From Candidatus Hermodarchaeota archaeon (GTDB lineage Archaea > Asgardarchaeota > Thorarchaeia > Thorarchaeales > Thorarchaeaceae), in contig JBHLLF010000026.1 of the NCBI GenBank assembly GCA_048885865.1, positions 1 to 35,542 of the forward strand: a stretch of DNA of 35,542 bases, in the 5' to 3' direction. The notes beneath the pieces were generated by a model. The model made no database searches. It saw only the letters and a list, made by a program, of their open reading frames with translations, and was not told the origin of the DNA. Below are positions 8,621-18,110 of the stretch, one piece after another (positions within the stretch are counted from its first letter, which is position 1; the number at the start of each line of letters is the position of its first letter). Both the position numbers and the translations under genes were made by a program.

Positions 8621-10537
8621 ATGGCAGAAGAAGGCTCACGAATTTCACGCAGGCTGAAGAGAACAGGTGAGCTTCTTCTGGGTGGAGCCAAACAACAGGT
8701 TACAGGCTATAAGAGTCGATTTGATAGTCTCAATGGAATCTATGATGAATTTCTCTCTGGATTTATCAATCAATATCCAGAGGGAAAAGCAGACCCATCA
8801 TTTGTGGACCGATTCTTTGGTAAGAGAGAACTATCCTTTGCAGGCATTGATGGTACAATATGCAAGTATGATGTCTTTGACCTCATCATCTTCTTCGCAG
8901 GAGCCTACTCTTCACATGGAATAGCCCGAGTTGATGACTCAGGGAATATTGAGCTTGAATATGAGGAACAGTTCCTCGAAAGAGGCATTGGTCTGTCGAG
9001 TGTTCTTCCTATCTATATCAACGAAGTGCCACTTGTAGACCAGACAATTCTTGCAAGGGCTGAAGATGGAAGCGTGGATCATACGGTAGCATACACTGAT
9101 TCTTGGATAATCGACAATTCTGCATTTGCAGATTACATGATGACATTATCCGAATTCTATCTCGCCTACCGACTAGTCAGCGGGGAGAATCCTGTCGATA
9201 TCCTTCTGATGGACAGGGTCTGCTCTTCTGAGATCTCGTCTTCCTATGCAGAAACTTCTGATTTCAGAATCGATATTGAGAAAGAATGTGGCCTTGTTGG
9301 ACAGGATGTGAATGGCCGACCCTTTAGTGCCACAGAATGGATTCAGGCGAGAAGGCTCCTTGGCAATCTGCGGCTTGGCACTCCTCCAGCCAGAGGCGAA
9401 TACCTGCTACCTAGAATCATGGCAGAGCTGAGCTCTGAAAGCTCCGGATTAACAAGAGAGGAGATCTCCGCACGACTGGGCATTGATTCGGAACCAAGAC
9501 GCGAACGACTTGACAAGGAGCTAGAATCAGCAATACGCGGAAAGGGGGCGTCCAAAGGAATTGTTGTACGAAAGGGTAAGCACTTCAGTCTTCGACCTGA
9601 ATACCGCGACCTCAGAAAGCGACTAGAGACTTTAGTTGTCGAAACTTGTGAACGCTTGTTCTCTGAGGATCCAACAGTCACATATGATGAGAGGTTCAAG
9701 GTGGATAAACGATGGCTGACAACAAATGATCTATCATTCCTTGCTTTGGCTTCCCTTTATCTTACTATCGAGAGATCCTGGCAGAATAAGACACTGCTAA
9801 TTGGAGTTGCCAAGGATACCTCTGCAAGGGACTTCAAAAGGCAAGTGATGCCAGTCCTGAATCATCTCGGCATATGTGACAAAGGATTCTTTGGAGAACA
9901 AGGAGACACCCCTGATACAGACAGGATGATCTTGCAGTGGGTTTCTCTTCAGGAGAGAGAGCGGTTGAAGACGCCATGGGCCACCATTGAGTATGATACA
10001 GCCTTCAAGACGATAGTGCCACACTTTGATAGAAAATCCGGACTGGTATCAGGAGCTAGAAGGAATCAAATCTCATTAGAGAAGACTTTCGTGAAGGCCT
10101 ATTTTCAGCTATGTGAAGCAAAGTCGAACCCGCGCTTGCGGAGCAATGTGCTCCTATATGATAGGCTGGTTCATCCCGAGTTTGACGATTCGGAATCCAC
10201 CTTGCTTGAGTTGAAACATGACTACGAGAGCAAGCCTGAATACCCTGAACCGATTGAAGCTGTGTTCTACTATGGTGCTGAGAATCCAATTCAATCATTC
10301 ACAATTGCACTGTTCAAAGCTATGACCAGTGCTAGCATTCCTGAGTTATTTGGTCATCTGAAGCCACTTTATGTTGCAGACAAGGTGGCCAAGTATAATT
10401 TCACTCACTTCAAGAACATGGTCGAGAGCGCTGGTAGTTGGCTCATTAATCGCCCTGAGTTGCGGGAGTTTCTATTCTATCTAACCACATTTCGAGAAAG
10501 GAGATCTGATGTTGAACAGTCACGAAGAGGTACCTAG
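8621..10537 (+). CDS. NurA-like (RNase H-fold) nuclease with internal winged-helix insertion
   Basis: FAGIDGT, ILLMDR, LIGVAKDTS and GHLKPLYVADKVAK resemble the NurA motifs (AxDGS, LLDG, GVxK, GYPxPLxxAH). Overlaps a HerA-like gene. Confidence 0.72.
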   Translation: MAEEGSRISRRLKRTGELLLGGAKQQVTGYKSRFDSLNGIYDEFLSGFINQYPEGKADPSFVDRFFGKRELSFAGIDGTICKYDVFDLIIFFAGAYSSHGIARVDDSGNIELEYEEQFLERGIGLSSVLPIYINEVPLVDQTILARAEDGSVDHTVAYTDSWIIDNSAFADYMMTLSEFYLAYRLVSGENPVDILLMDRVCSSEISSSYAETSDFRIDIEKECGLVGQDVNGRPFSATEWIQARRLLGNLRLGTPPARGEYLLPRIMAELSSESSGLTREEISARLGIDSEPRRERLDKELESAIRGKGASKGIVVRKGKHFSLRPEYRDLRKRLETLVVETCERLFSEDPTVTYDERFKVDKRWLTTNDLSFLALASLYLTIERSWQNKTLLIGVAKDTSARDFKRQVMPVLNHLGICDKGFFGEQGDTPDTDRMILQWVSLQERERLKTPWATIEYDTAFKTIVPHFDRKSGLVSGARRNQISLEKTFVKAYFQLCEAKSNPRLRSNVLLYDRLVHPEFDDSESTLLELKHDYESKPEYPEPIEAVFYYGAENPIQSFTIALFKAMTSASIPELFGHLKPLYVADKVAKYNFTHFKNMVESAGSWLINRPELREFLFYLTTFRERRSDVEQSRRGT

Positions 10538-12383
10538 TCACTTATTCACCGATTTTGATGGAACATTTGATGGAAGACTTGCCAGAGTCATTCCTGTAGC
10601 TGCAAACTATACTTCTGAATGGGCGGGTTCAGCCGCAAGGTATGACTGCAGAATCAAGATTCGGTATAACAAGGAGCTAATGGCACAACTTGAGGAGGGC
10701 ATGATGATAGCTGTCCGCAACTTCAAGGGGCAAGCCAAGTCCGCCAAAAGGAAAGGAGTCCAGCGCTATACAGTGATGGTCATTAGCAAGGTATGGCCGC
10801 TTCACTATGGACTCGGTGGGATTAGTGACAGTCATTATTATCCAATGCAGATGGAGATGATAGAACAGGCAGTTCCAGACTGGGATACTGATGACCAGTC
10901 AACAATGATGGTTCATCTCACAGCAATTCCGATTAACTACGATCTCATTGTGCCAGAGAAGGGAGAGATAGAATTCAAGAAAGGATTCTCGTATCCACTT
11001 ATTGGGGACAGAGTACATGTAATAAATCTGGAAACGATAGACTTCATCTATAATGGTAAAGTAAGAGAGGCTCTAGGGCTGAAGAAGAAGGCGACATCTT
11101 CAGACCCCAAGAAAGACCCGAGGGTTGGAATTCTCAGGATGTTCATGGACTCTGGGAAGGAGGTCCCCGTGCTCATAGACCTCCACAAGCTTCTCAGATA
11201 CCACTTCGGGGTATTCTCATTCACTGGAGGTGGAAAGAGCAACCTTCTCTCAAATCTCTTCAGAAGAATCCTCTATCATACTAAAGATACCAAACTCGTC
11301 ATCTTCGATGTTAGTTGCGAATACCCATTCCTCCTATCGGATGTGTTTTCGGACCCCAAGATTCAGGCCAGGGTAATTGTTGAGGAGGAACCAAGAACAG
11401 CTGAAGACTTCGCTAGGTCGATCGTCAAACCACGTGACTTCGAGGACGACTCACGAGCAAACATGGCGCTAAAATCCCTTTACGATATGGGCATGGTTAC
11501 CTTCTATAATCTCCCTCAATCTCAGATGCCTACATATCGATCTGTACTAGATGACATCAACGATCTGCAAAATGATAACTCATCAAAGCCAACCTATGTC
11601 CAAGCACTTGACCAAGTTAAGGCGGCTGTAACAGGGTGGATGGATGCTTGGGATAAGTCAGAAGGAGACCCTCTTGATGACAAGTTCGTTGAGATGCTGC
11701 AGAATGAAGCTGTCACAGCTGTAGAGGATTTCTCAGTATATTCCAAGTCTGGCGTTGCTGCATGGGCTTCGACCAGAGGGAAATTGAAAGATGCTATTGC
11801 AAGGTCGCGAAGCGGCAAGAAGAAAGGTGTAACCATCAAGGACATGCTGAAAATGATGAGTGGTCCTGAGCGAGTCATCTGCATATCGATTGCAGACCCA
11901 GACATTCTCAGAGAGATTGTGATTCGTATAACAGCTTCTGCTTTGAAGTATAGGAAGAGAAGCTTCGAGATAAAGCCACAGATACTATTTGTATTCGATG
12001 AGGCTCAGGAGTTCATACCTTCGAATGCTACTGGGCAAGTAGCGCGATGCAGTAGTGCGATAGAAAGGCTATTACGCCAAGGGAGGAAATATGGGCTCGG
12101 GGGGGCGATTGCTACACAGAGAATCGCATATCTAAATACAAACATCATGCAGCAACTGCATACCTTCTTTGTGGGAACACTGCCGAGACCATATGATCGC
12201 ACAGTCGTTAGCAGTTCATTCCAAATCGACCTTAGTATTCTTGACAAGACCCTCGAATTCCCTCCAGGATCATGGCTTCTATCAAGCTATATAGCAATGG
12301 GCATAGACAATGTGCCGGTGTTCGTAAGAGCTGATGACTCTGAGGATGCATTGCGGGACCATATTTCAGCCATAACTGATTAG
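10509..12383 (+). CDS. HerA/FtsK-superfamily ATPase (HerA-like DNA translocase)
   Basis: N-terminal HAS-barrel-like region; Walker A HFGVFSFTGGGKS; Walker B FVFDEAQEF; RQGRKYG arginine motif; ATQR motif. Confidence 0.9.
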   Translation: MLNSHEEVPSHLFTDFDGTFDGRLARVIPVAANYTSEWAGSAARYDCRIKIRYNKELMAQLEEGMMIAVRNFKGQAKSAKRKGVQRYTVMVISKVWPLHYGLGGISDSHYYPMQMEMIEQAVPDWDTDDQSTMMVHLTAIPINYDLIVPEKGEIEFKKGFSYPLIGDRVHVINLETIDFIYNGKVREALGLKKKATSSDPKKDPRVGILRMFMDSGKEVPVLIDLHKLLRYHFGVFSFTGGGKSNLLSNLFRRILYHTKDTKLVIFDVSCEYPFLLSDVFSDPKIQARVIVEEEPRTAEDFARSIVKPRDFEDDSRANMALKSLYDMGMVTFYNLPQSQMPTYRSVLDDINDLQNDNSSKPTYVQALDQVKAAVTGWMDAWDKSEGDPLDDKFVEMLQNEAVTAVEDFSVYSKSGVAAWASTRGKLKDAIARSRSGKKKGVTIKDMLKMMSGPERVICISIADPDILREIVIRITASALKYRKRSFEIKPQILFVFDEAQEFIPSNATGQVARCSSAIERLLRQGRKYGLGGAIATQRIAYLNTNIMQQLHTFFVGTLPRPYDRTVVSSSFQIDLSILDKTLEFPPGSWLLSSYIAMGIDNVPVFVRADDSEDALRDHISAITD

Positions 12384-12460
12384 AGACTTCAGCGAAGATT
12401 CCATCATCGACACTGACTTAAGCGCGAAGCATTTGCGAATTTCTCCAAGAGGACAACAAA

Positions 12461-13723
12461 ATGGCTGATGGACCTGAATTCACTGGATTTGGTGACAAAG
12501 GTCTAGAAAAGGATAAGTCACGAGAGATTCTTGGGCTTGGGGCCGATCTATGGCGAGTTGCTATTCTACTTGGACTAGCACAATTTTCCGTAGGCATTTG
12601 GAATTGGCAGTTCAGTGTCCATCTAGATACATTCCTTGAGCCTTGGCAAATTGGTCTCACCTACTCATCTCGGCCCGTCGCTATGCTTCTTGGAGGATAC
12701 CTCTCGGGTATGATGGCTGACTTCTTTGGAAGAAGAAAGACCATGGCATTTAGTCTTGTACCAATATCTTTTGGCCTACTTACCCTGTCCTTCTTTCCTG
12801 TCTGGCCAACAATCCCCATTCAGTTCGGTCTAGTGATGTTTGGGCTCAGTTCAGTCAGGCTTATGCAAAGGGCTATACCTGCAGATGTGGTTGAAGCCGA
12901 AAGGAGCCAAGATCCCGCACGCAAGTTCATGATGATTATGGTGCCCCTATGGGCTATTGATGGAATTAGTCCATTAATTGGAGCTTTTCTATTGAACATT
13001 GGACTATTACCTACGCATCTCTATCTGATTGCAGCCATTGGGGGGGTACTTGCCTGTATTGCCGTATTGATCGGCATCAAGGAGTCTTTGGGCGATGAAA
13101 TCATTGAGAAAGCGAAGCAAGGTCCCAGAGTCCCCATTCGAAGCCTTGGACGTAATTTCTGGATGTTTGCCGGGGGCATGTTGACGTATTTCTTCTTCTA
13201 TAGTTCAGCAATTTCATATTTGGGAGTACTCTGCGTTGATTTCTGGGGAGTTGACCTCACAGTATACGGAATCTCATGGAGTGTCTTCTCGTTTACCGGA
13301 GCAATTATCATGTACACGATGAGCGGTCTAGCAGATAGAAACCTGAAAGCCGCCCTCACTGCCGCAGTCTTTGGTAATGGGCTTACGTTTGTTGGATTTG
13401 GACTTGGCTCAGGTGAATTATGGCTCATCGTTCTCAACATAATCTGGGCATTCCCCTTCATGCTATGGCTTGGCGGTGTAAGGAGCATTGTAGCGAGTAC
13501 TGTTTCTGAAGAACTAAAGGGTCGTGCCTTCGGAACGTATGACATGGTCTTGGGTTTGACCGCTATGTTTGCAGCATCTTTTGGAGCGCTTCTATGGCAG
13601 ATTTCTGGGAGTCTGAGATTAGTTTGGATTCTTGCAGGTATCGGGATGATTCTTGTTACATTTGTGATTGCGTTCGTTCTACAACGAATTGATATCCATC
13701 GCAATCAATTGTCTGAGAATTAG
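12461..13723 (+). CDS. MFS transporter (paralog 2)
   Basis: About 12 TM segments; motif A GMMADFFGRRKT; collinear with 7281..8555 (AQFSVxIWNWxFS, FLEPWQxGLT, RAIPAD, DGISPxIGA, SGSLR). Confidence 0.9.
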   Translation: MADGPEFTGFGDKGLEKDKSREILGLGADLWRVAILLGLAQFSVGIWNWQFSVHLDTFLEPWQIGLTYSSRPVAMLLGGYLSGMMADFFGRRKTMAFSLVPISFGLLTLSFFPVWPTIPIQFGLVMFGLSSVRLMQRAIPADVVEAERSQDPARKFMMIMVPLWAIDGISPLIGAFLLNIGLLPTHLYLIAAIGGVLACIAVLIGIKESLGDEIIEKAKQGPRVPIRSLGRNFWMFAGGMLTYFFFYSSAISYLGVLCVDFWGVDLTVYGISWSVFSFTGAIIMYTMSGLADRNLKAALTAAVFGNGLTFVGFGLGSGELWLIVLNIIWAFPFMLWLGGVRSIVASTVSEELKGRAFGTYDMVLGLTAMFAASFGALLWQISGSLRLVWILAGIGMILVTFVIAFVLQRIDIHRNQLSEN

Positions 13724-13726
13724 CAG

Positions 13727-14440
13727 TCATTCCGCTTTTGGCATCTTGAGAATCTCATCAATCTCTCTAACTGAAGAAAGGTCTCCGAGTAGGTGTCCCG
13801 CTTTCTCAGCCTTGGTTCGCAAATAATCTGAACTATGTATTGTTGGTTCTGTAATCAGAGGCACCCTTTCTGTTATCTTAATGCCTACATCTGTCAGCTG
13901 TTGTATCTTTGATGGGTTGTTTGTAAGTAGCCGGATTGACTTCACACGAAGATTGTGTAAAATGTTAGCAGCAATGCGATATTCTCGCTCGTCCGGCTTG
14001 TGTCCCAAGTGAATATTCGCCTCAACCGTGTCAAAACCTTGGTCTTGGAGAGCATATGCTCGTATTTTCTCAGTAAGACCGATATTCCGCCCCTCCTGTC
14101 TCAAATACAACAAGATTCCCTCACCCTCGGTCTCAATCCGCTTCAATGCCTCAATCAACTGGTCTCTGCAGTCACACCTAAGACTCCCTATCGCATCGCC
14201 AGTGAGGCACTCAGAGTGAACTCTAGTAAGGACTCCTTCTTTATCAACAATATCTCCCTTGACAATGGCAGTATGTTCTTTTCCATCGCAAGGACTTTCG
14301 AAACCAGCAATCTGAAAATCACCAAATCGCGTGGGAAGGTTAGCTACAGCCATAAGCTGAACATTGCATACGTCGTATTCATTGGCTTGAGCTGCACTCT
14401 CTTCGATAAGAAGCCTGATTGTTTCTGCTGGAATTACCAA
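13727..14440 (-). CDS. ribA: GTP cyclohydrolase II
   Basis: LPTRFG, RVHSECLTGD..GSLRCDCRDQL (three Zn Cys), YLRQEGR, AYALQDQGFDTVEAN, LLTNNPSK, YLRTK..K.GH. Confidence 0.95.
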   Translation of the reverse strand: MVIPAETIRLLIEESAAQANEYDVCNVQLMAVANLPTRFGDFQIAGFESPCDGKEHTAIVKGDIVDKEGVLTRVHSECLTGDAIGSLRCDCRDQLIEALKRIETEGEGILLYLRQEGRNIGLTEKIRAYALQDQGFDTVEANIHLGHKPDEREYRIAANILHNLRVKSIRLLTNNPSKIQQLTDVGIKITERVPLITEPTIHSSDYLRTKAEKAGHLLGDLSSVREIDEILKMPKAE

Positions 14441-14523
14441 TGCTAATCCACCAACACCTCAGTATAACTCCCGCAGACTATGTCAGTAAGATATACCTTT
14501 CCGTCTAGCAGGACGAGGCGTAG

Positions 14524-14531
14524 CTATAAAT
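14524..14531 (+). promoter_or_regulatory. Candidate TATA box upstream of the FrhB-family gene
   Basis: CTATAAAT about 36 nt upstream of ATG 14567; GGAG SD-like motifs lie in between. Confidence 0.45.
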
Positions 14532-14566
14532 CGAGGCTTGCTCTGTGTCAACTTGGAGTTGGAGCA

Positions 14567-15634
14567 ATGACCGGCCCATTAGAAGAGATCTACACGAAGA
14601 TTCAGGATTGGCTGAAGGAGAACACCAAGAGATTTGCCTTCAAGAAATTGGAACGCGAGATTATTACAAGCGGGGTATGCGTGGAATGTGGAGCTTGTGT
14701 TGAAAACTGTCCTGTTGATGCCCTTACTGGAGATTACTCAACTGGAAAGTATGTCCCTATTTTGACTGGGAAATGCACAGCTTGTGGCATCTGTTATGCC
14801 AATTGTCCAAGGACATATTTCTATCGAAACACTCTGCTGGGAGATGTCAGAAGTGCATGGAAAGCTAGGGCGGTCAACCGAAGCGAATCTGCACAGGATG
14901 GGGGTGCTGTCACAGCTATTATCTCTAATATGTTGGACTCAGGACGAATTGACGCCGCTGTTGTAGTCCAAGGAGACCCAGACAAGCCATGGATGCCAAT
15001 TACGAAAATCGCAAGGACCGCAAAGGAGGTTGCTGAGTCCTCAGGTTCAATCTATATACATGCTCCAATCATTCAGGGTGTTGTACAAGCACTCAAAGAG
15101 GGCTCCAAGAAGATAGCAGTCGTGGGCACATCCTGCAATATAGATGCCGTCCATAATATGGAGTCTTCGCCTTCAGGACCAATAGGAGGAATAAAGGGAG
15201 CCGAGGCTATCCAATTTGGCCTGTTCTGCACAAAGTCATATGACTATCCTGGCCTGACCAAGTTCCTCAAAGATCAAGGTATAGCCATCAAAGATGTAAA
15301 GCGGTTCGCCATTGCGGGTGGGATGATGAAAGCTGAACACTCAAAGGGTGAAGCTGAGTGGAAAGTTGGTGAGCTAGAGGAATTTGCTTCAAGTTCTTGT
15401 GCATATTGCCAGGACATGAATGGCAGGAATGCAGACATCTCTTGCGGTAACGTTGGCTCTGATGAGGGATGGACTACTCTCTTGATCATGACTGAGCGCG
15501 GAGAGAAAGTCTTCAAGCAAGCTATCAAAGCAAAAGCAATTGAAGCTGAGCCTATTGATGAAACAGCAATTCGTGCAGTTGACAATCTTGCTCGGTTCAA
15601 GGCCGCACGTTGGTATAAGATGAAAGCCCATTGA
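14567..15634 (+). CDS. Coenzyme F420 hydrogenase/dehydrogenase beta-subunit (FrhB/FdhB family) protein with N-terminal 2x[4Fe-4S] ferredoxin domain
   Basis: CVECGACVENCP and CTACGICYANCP; QDGGAVTA, VVGTSC, GLFC, CAYCQD, ADISCGNVGS..GWT..I.TERG. Start moved to ATG 14567. Confidence 0.9.
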   Translation: MTGPLEEIYTKIQDWLKENTKRFAFKKLEREIITSGVCVECGACVENCPVDALTGDYSTGKYVPILTGKCTACGICYANCPRTYFYRNTLLGDVRSAWKARAVNRSESAQDGGAVTAIISNMLDSGRIDAAVVVQGDPDKPWMPITKIARTAKEVAESSGSIYIHAPIIQGVVQALKEGSKKIAVVGTSCNIDAVHNMESSPSGPIGGIKGAEAIQFGLFCTKSYDYPGLTKFLKDQGIAIKDVKRFAIAGGMMKAEHSKGEAEWKVGELEEFASSSCAYCQDMNGRNADISCGNVGSDEGWTTLLIMTERGEKVFKQAIKAKAIEAEPIDETAIRAVDNLARFKAARWYKMKAH

Positions 15635-15651
15635 CAGAGAGCGGGCAATCA

Positions 15652-16167
15652 ATGAGGAAGAATGTAGTCCTTACAGGAAGACCAGGCATTGGCAAGAGCA
15701 CCGTGGTAAAGAGGATTATTCATGGCCTCAAGCCGAATAGCGCAGATGGATTTTGGTCAGCTGAAATTCGTGAGAACAATAGGCGAGTTGGATTCTCTAT
15801 CAACACCTTGTCTGGAGAAACAGGTATTCTCGCTCATGTCGATCTTGAGAGAGGGCCTCGAGTGGGAAAATATCGTGTGAATTTACGTGACCTTGAATCG
15901 CTAGCCATACCAACTCTTGCTATTGCCAGGCAATCTGGCAAAATCATTGTGATAGATGAAATTGCCTCAATGGAGTTAAATGCACCTCAATTTGCACCTG
16001 AGGTAAGGAGATGCCTCAACACAGGAAAAGTATTAGCTACACTCCAGCAGCGCAGAGGAGGGTTCCAAGATGAGGTCAGGGCTCGAAACGACGTGGATCT
16101 AATAGAAATCACACTGGACAATAGAGATTCTCTTCCGGCAGAGATCCTCCAAAGACTCCAGGGATGA
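15652..16167 (+). CDS. Nucleoside triphosphatase, NTPase_1/THEP1 family
   Basis: LTGRPGIGKST, GF...EIRE..RRVGF, PRVGKYRV, IVIDEIASMEL, ITLDNRD. Confidence 0.9.
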   Translation: MRKNVVLTGRPGIGKSTVVKRIIHGLKPNSADGFWSAEIRENNRRVGFSINTLSGETGILAHVDLERGPRVGKYRVNLRDLESLAIPTLAIARQSGKIIVIDEIASMELNAPQFAPEVRRCLNTGKVLATLQQRRGGFQDEVRARNDVDLIEITLDNRDSLPAEILQRLQG

Positions 16168-16169
16168 AG

Positions 16170-17921
16170 CTATCTCCTTCGAGTCCTTAAGTACAAGGAC
16201 AATACTACGATTGTTGATAGACCGCCAAGAATCACAACAGCTATAGAAACTGCCAATGGCAGACCTGGGTGTATCAAGGGAGTGATTTCGTATTGCAGCC
16301 ATCCAGTATTGTAGACATTCCGCGCAGATGAGTTATCCACCGCTATGACCCTGTAGTGAACCACAATTCCATAACTGAATTGACCTAGATGGGCAGAGTA
16401 GAAATCATTTGCCTCATATATCATCTCTACGACTTCTGTTTGGGTTTCATCTCCAGTATGCCATTCAACTGTGATATTCCGAATTCGATTTAGGTCCCAC
16501 ACATAGGCTTGGATGGTGAGGTTATTTGCCCAGCTAGTTGAATAGGACTGAATAGCCTGAATCTCACTGATAAGAGGTTGGTGTGCATCGGGCGTAACAG
16601 TGAGAGTCACAACTGCAAAGGACGTCTGATTGAAGAAGTCATACAGAGTCAGGTTATAGACATATACGCCCACTTCAAAGCCATCTATTGAGATTGAGAT
16701 GTTCTCTCCTCTCCAAGTTCCGTTCAATAGGACTTGCCCATTCCTTGTTAGATTATAGGAACGAGGATTCGTTTCTTCTGCTGACCAATTTAAGGAATAT
16801 CCAGTGTATCCTTCTTCATACTCAAATTCGTTAATCGAGTCTATTATTGGGGCTCTGAGATCTTCGTAGACTGTGACATTGACTGTGTTGTTGACTGACC
16901 TATCAAAAACATCGAAGAGAAGTATCTGGAATGTATAATTACCAAGGAACAAATTGTCCAGATCATAGATAATCGGTCCTCCCTTTGGCTCCGTGAAGGT
17001 CCAGTTGGATGTAGATACATTCGTCGGGGCATGTAGTGGTTTGGTGAGATTTCCATAGAGCGTGTTATTGAAACGAATCCATACGGATATCGAATAGTTC
17101 TTCGGATTGCTATCGAAAGCCTCCCATCGTATCTCTTGGTCAACTGACCCAAACTCGAACTTGATTTCTCCGGGATCAGTAACTGTTGGAGCAGTTAGGT
17201 CCACGACAACCGTCACATTGACTGAGCTGGTGGAGTTGTATCCCAAAGTATCATTGACAAATAGGGTGTAGATATACCAGCGTGATGCATTGAGTCCATC
17301 AACATTGATGGTAATATTGTCTCCATCCCATTCATCACTTAATACTACTGTGTCGTTGCTGGTGGGCTCATTCGATTTCCTTGTGATGTTAAAGAAATCA
17401 GGGTTGGATTCAGTAATGTTCCATCTTATCTCGTGTCCAAAGCTACCTTCTTCATATGTTATGTTCTCAGGCTGTGCAATGATGGGCGCAGCCTCATCAG
17501 GAATAACATGGACTATCACGATATCCCAAACTGACTCGCCATCCTCGTTGAAAACTGTGCAATTAAATACGAAATCAGATGGCACTTCACTCGGTTCATC
17601 AAGAAGGTCTTCAACATACAAGTGGTTCAGAAAGACTGTGATATCACCACCAGTCCAAACTGTTTCTCGGTAGACATCACCATCTCTAGTGACGCTGTAA
17701 TTCTTGGGATTTGGCGCTTCCGGCGACCAAACAATAAGTTCATTCAACGAGCCGTTTTCAAAGGTGATATCGGGTGGGCTGTCAATGGATATTGAAGCAA
17801 CAAAATAGGTCTGAGATCTTGATACAGTCTCACTAACTAGGGTTCCGCCAATAGCAGGCTGAAGCACAAGCCAAGTTAGAACCAGCGCGACAATTATTCC
17901 TTGCTTATGTTTGGATACCAT
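16170..17921 (-). CDS. Secreted, membrane-anchored surface protein with tandem Ig-like repeats
   Basis: Signal peptide; four repeats of about 95-110 aa (P.I..P..I.YE.G...I.W...E.NP..Y.ITR.....W.G..I.I..DGL..G.Y.Y.L...D); a fifth beta domain; C-terminal TM and RTRRR. Confidence 0.82.
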   Translation of the reverse strand: MVSKHKQGIIVALVLTWLVLQPAIGGTLVSETVSRSQTYFVASISIDSPPDITFENGSLNELIVWSPEAPNPKNYSVTRDGDVYRETVWTGGDITVFLNHLYVEDLLDEPSEVPSDFVFNCTVFNEDGESVWDIVIVHVIPDEAAPIIAQPENITYEEGSFGHEIRWNITESNPDFFNITRKSNEPTSNDTVVLSDEWDGDNITINVDGLNASRWYIYTLFVNDTLGYNSTSSVNVTVVVDLTAPTVTDPGEIKFEFGSVDQEIRWEAFDSNPKNYSISVWIRFNNTLYGNLTKPLHAPTNVSTSNWTFTEPKGGPIIYDLDNLFLGNYTFQILLFDVFDRSVNNTVNVTVYEDLRAPIIDSINEFEYEEGYTGYSLNWSAEETNPRSYNLTRNGQVLLNGTWRGENISISIDGFEVGVYVYNLTLYDFFNQTSFAVVTLTVTPDAHQPLISEIQAIQSYSTSWANNLTIQAYVWDLNRIRNITVEWHTGDETQTEVVEMIYEANDFYSAHLGQFSYGIVVHYRVIAVDNSSARNVYNTGWLQYEITPLIHPGLPLAVSIAVVILGGLSTIVVLSLYLRTRRR

Positions 17922-18110
17922 TTGGTTGACTTCCTAAAGAGACCTAGTCTGTGCTCGGTGCCCGCTCGAACTTCGAGGCACGGTTTTATACTTTGCGACT
18001 AGGCGAACATTGCACTCATTTCTAGAGGGTCCATCAAGCGAACGCTGATAAGAGAGATTTGTACAGTAGACGCAGCGCCTACAGTGTTGTTTGATAGAGG
18101 ACTGCATAAT

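Noticed and set aside
7281-13723. Composite transposon or integrated element interpretation of the MFS-flanked cassette
   Set aside because: No transposase, integrase, terminal inverted repeats or target-site duplication seen; the flanking MFS copies are well diverged.
14441-14566. FMN riboswitch upstream of ribA
   Set aside because: The region is only 126 nt, is shared with a divergent promoter, and shows no RFN consensus.
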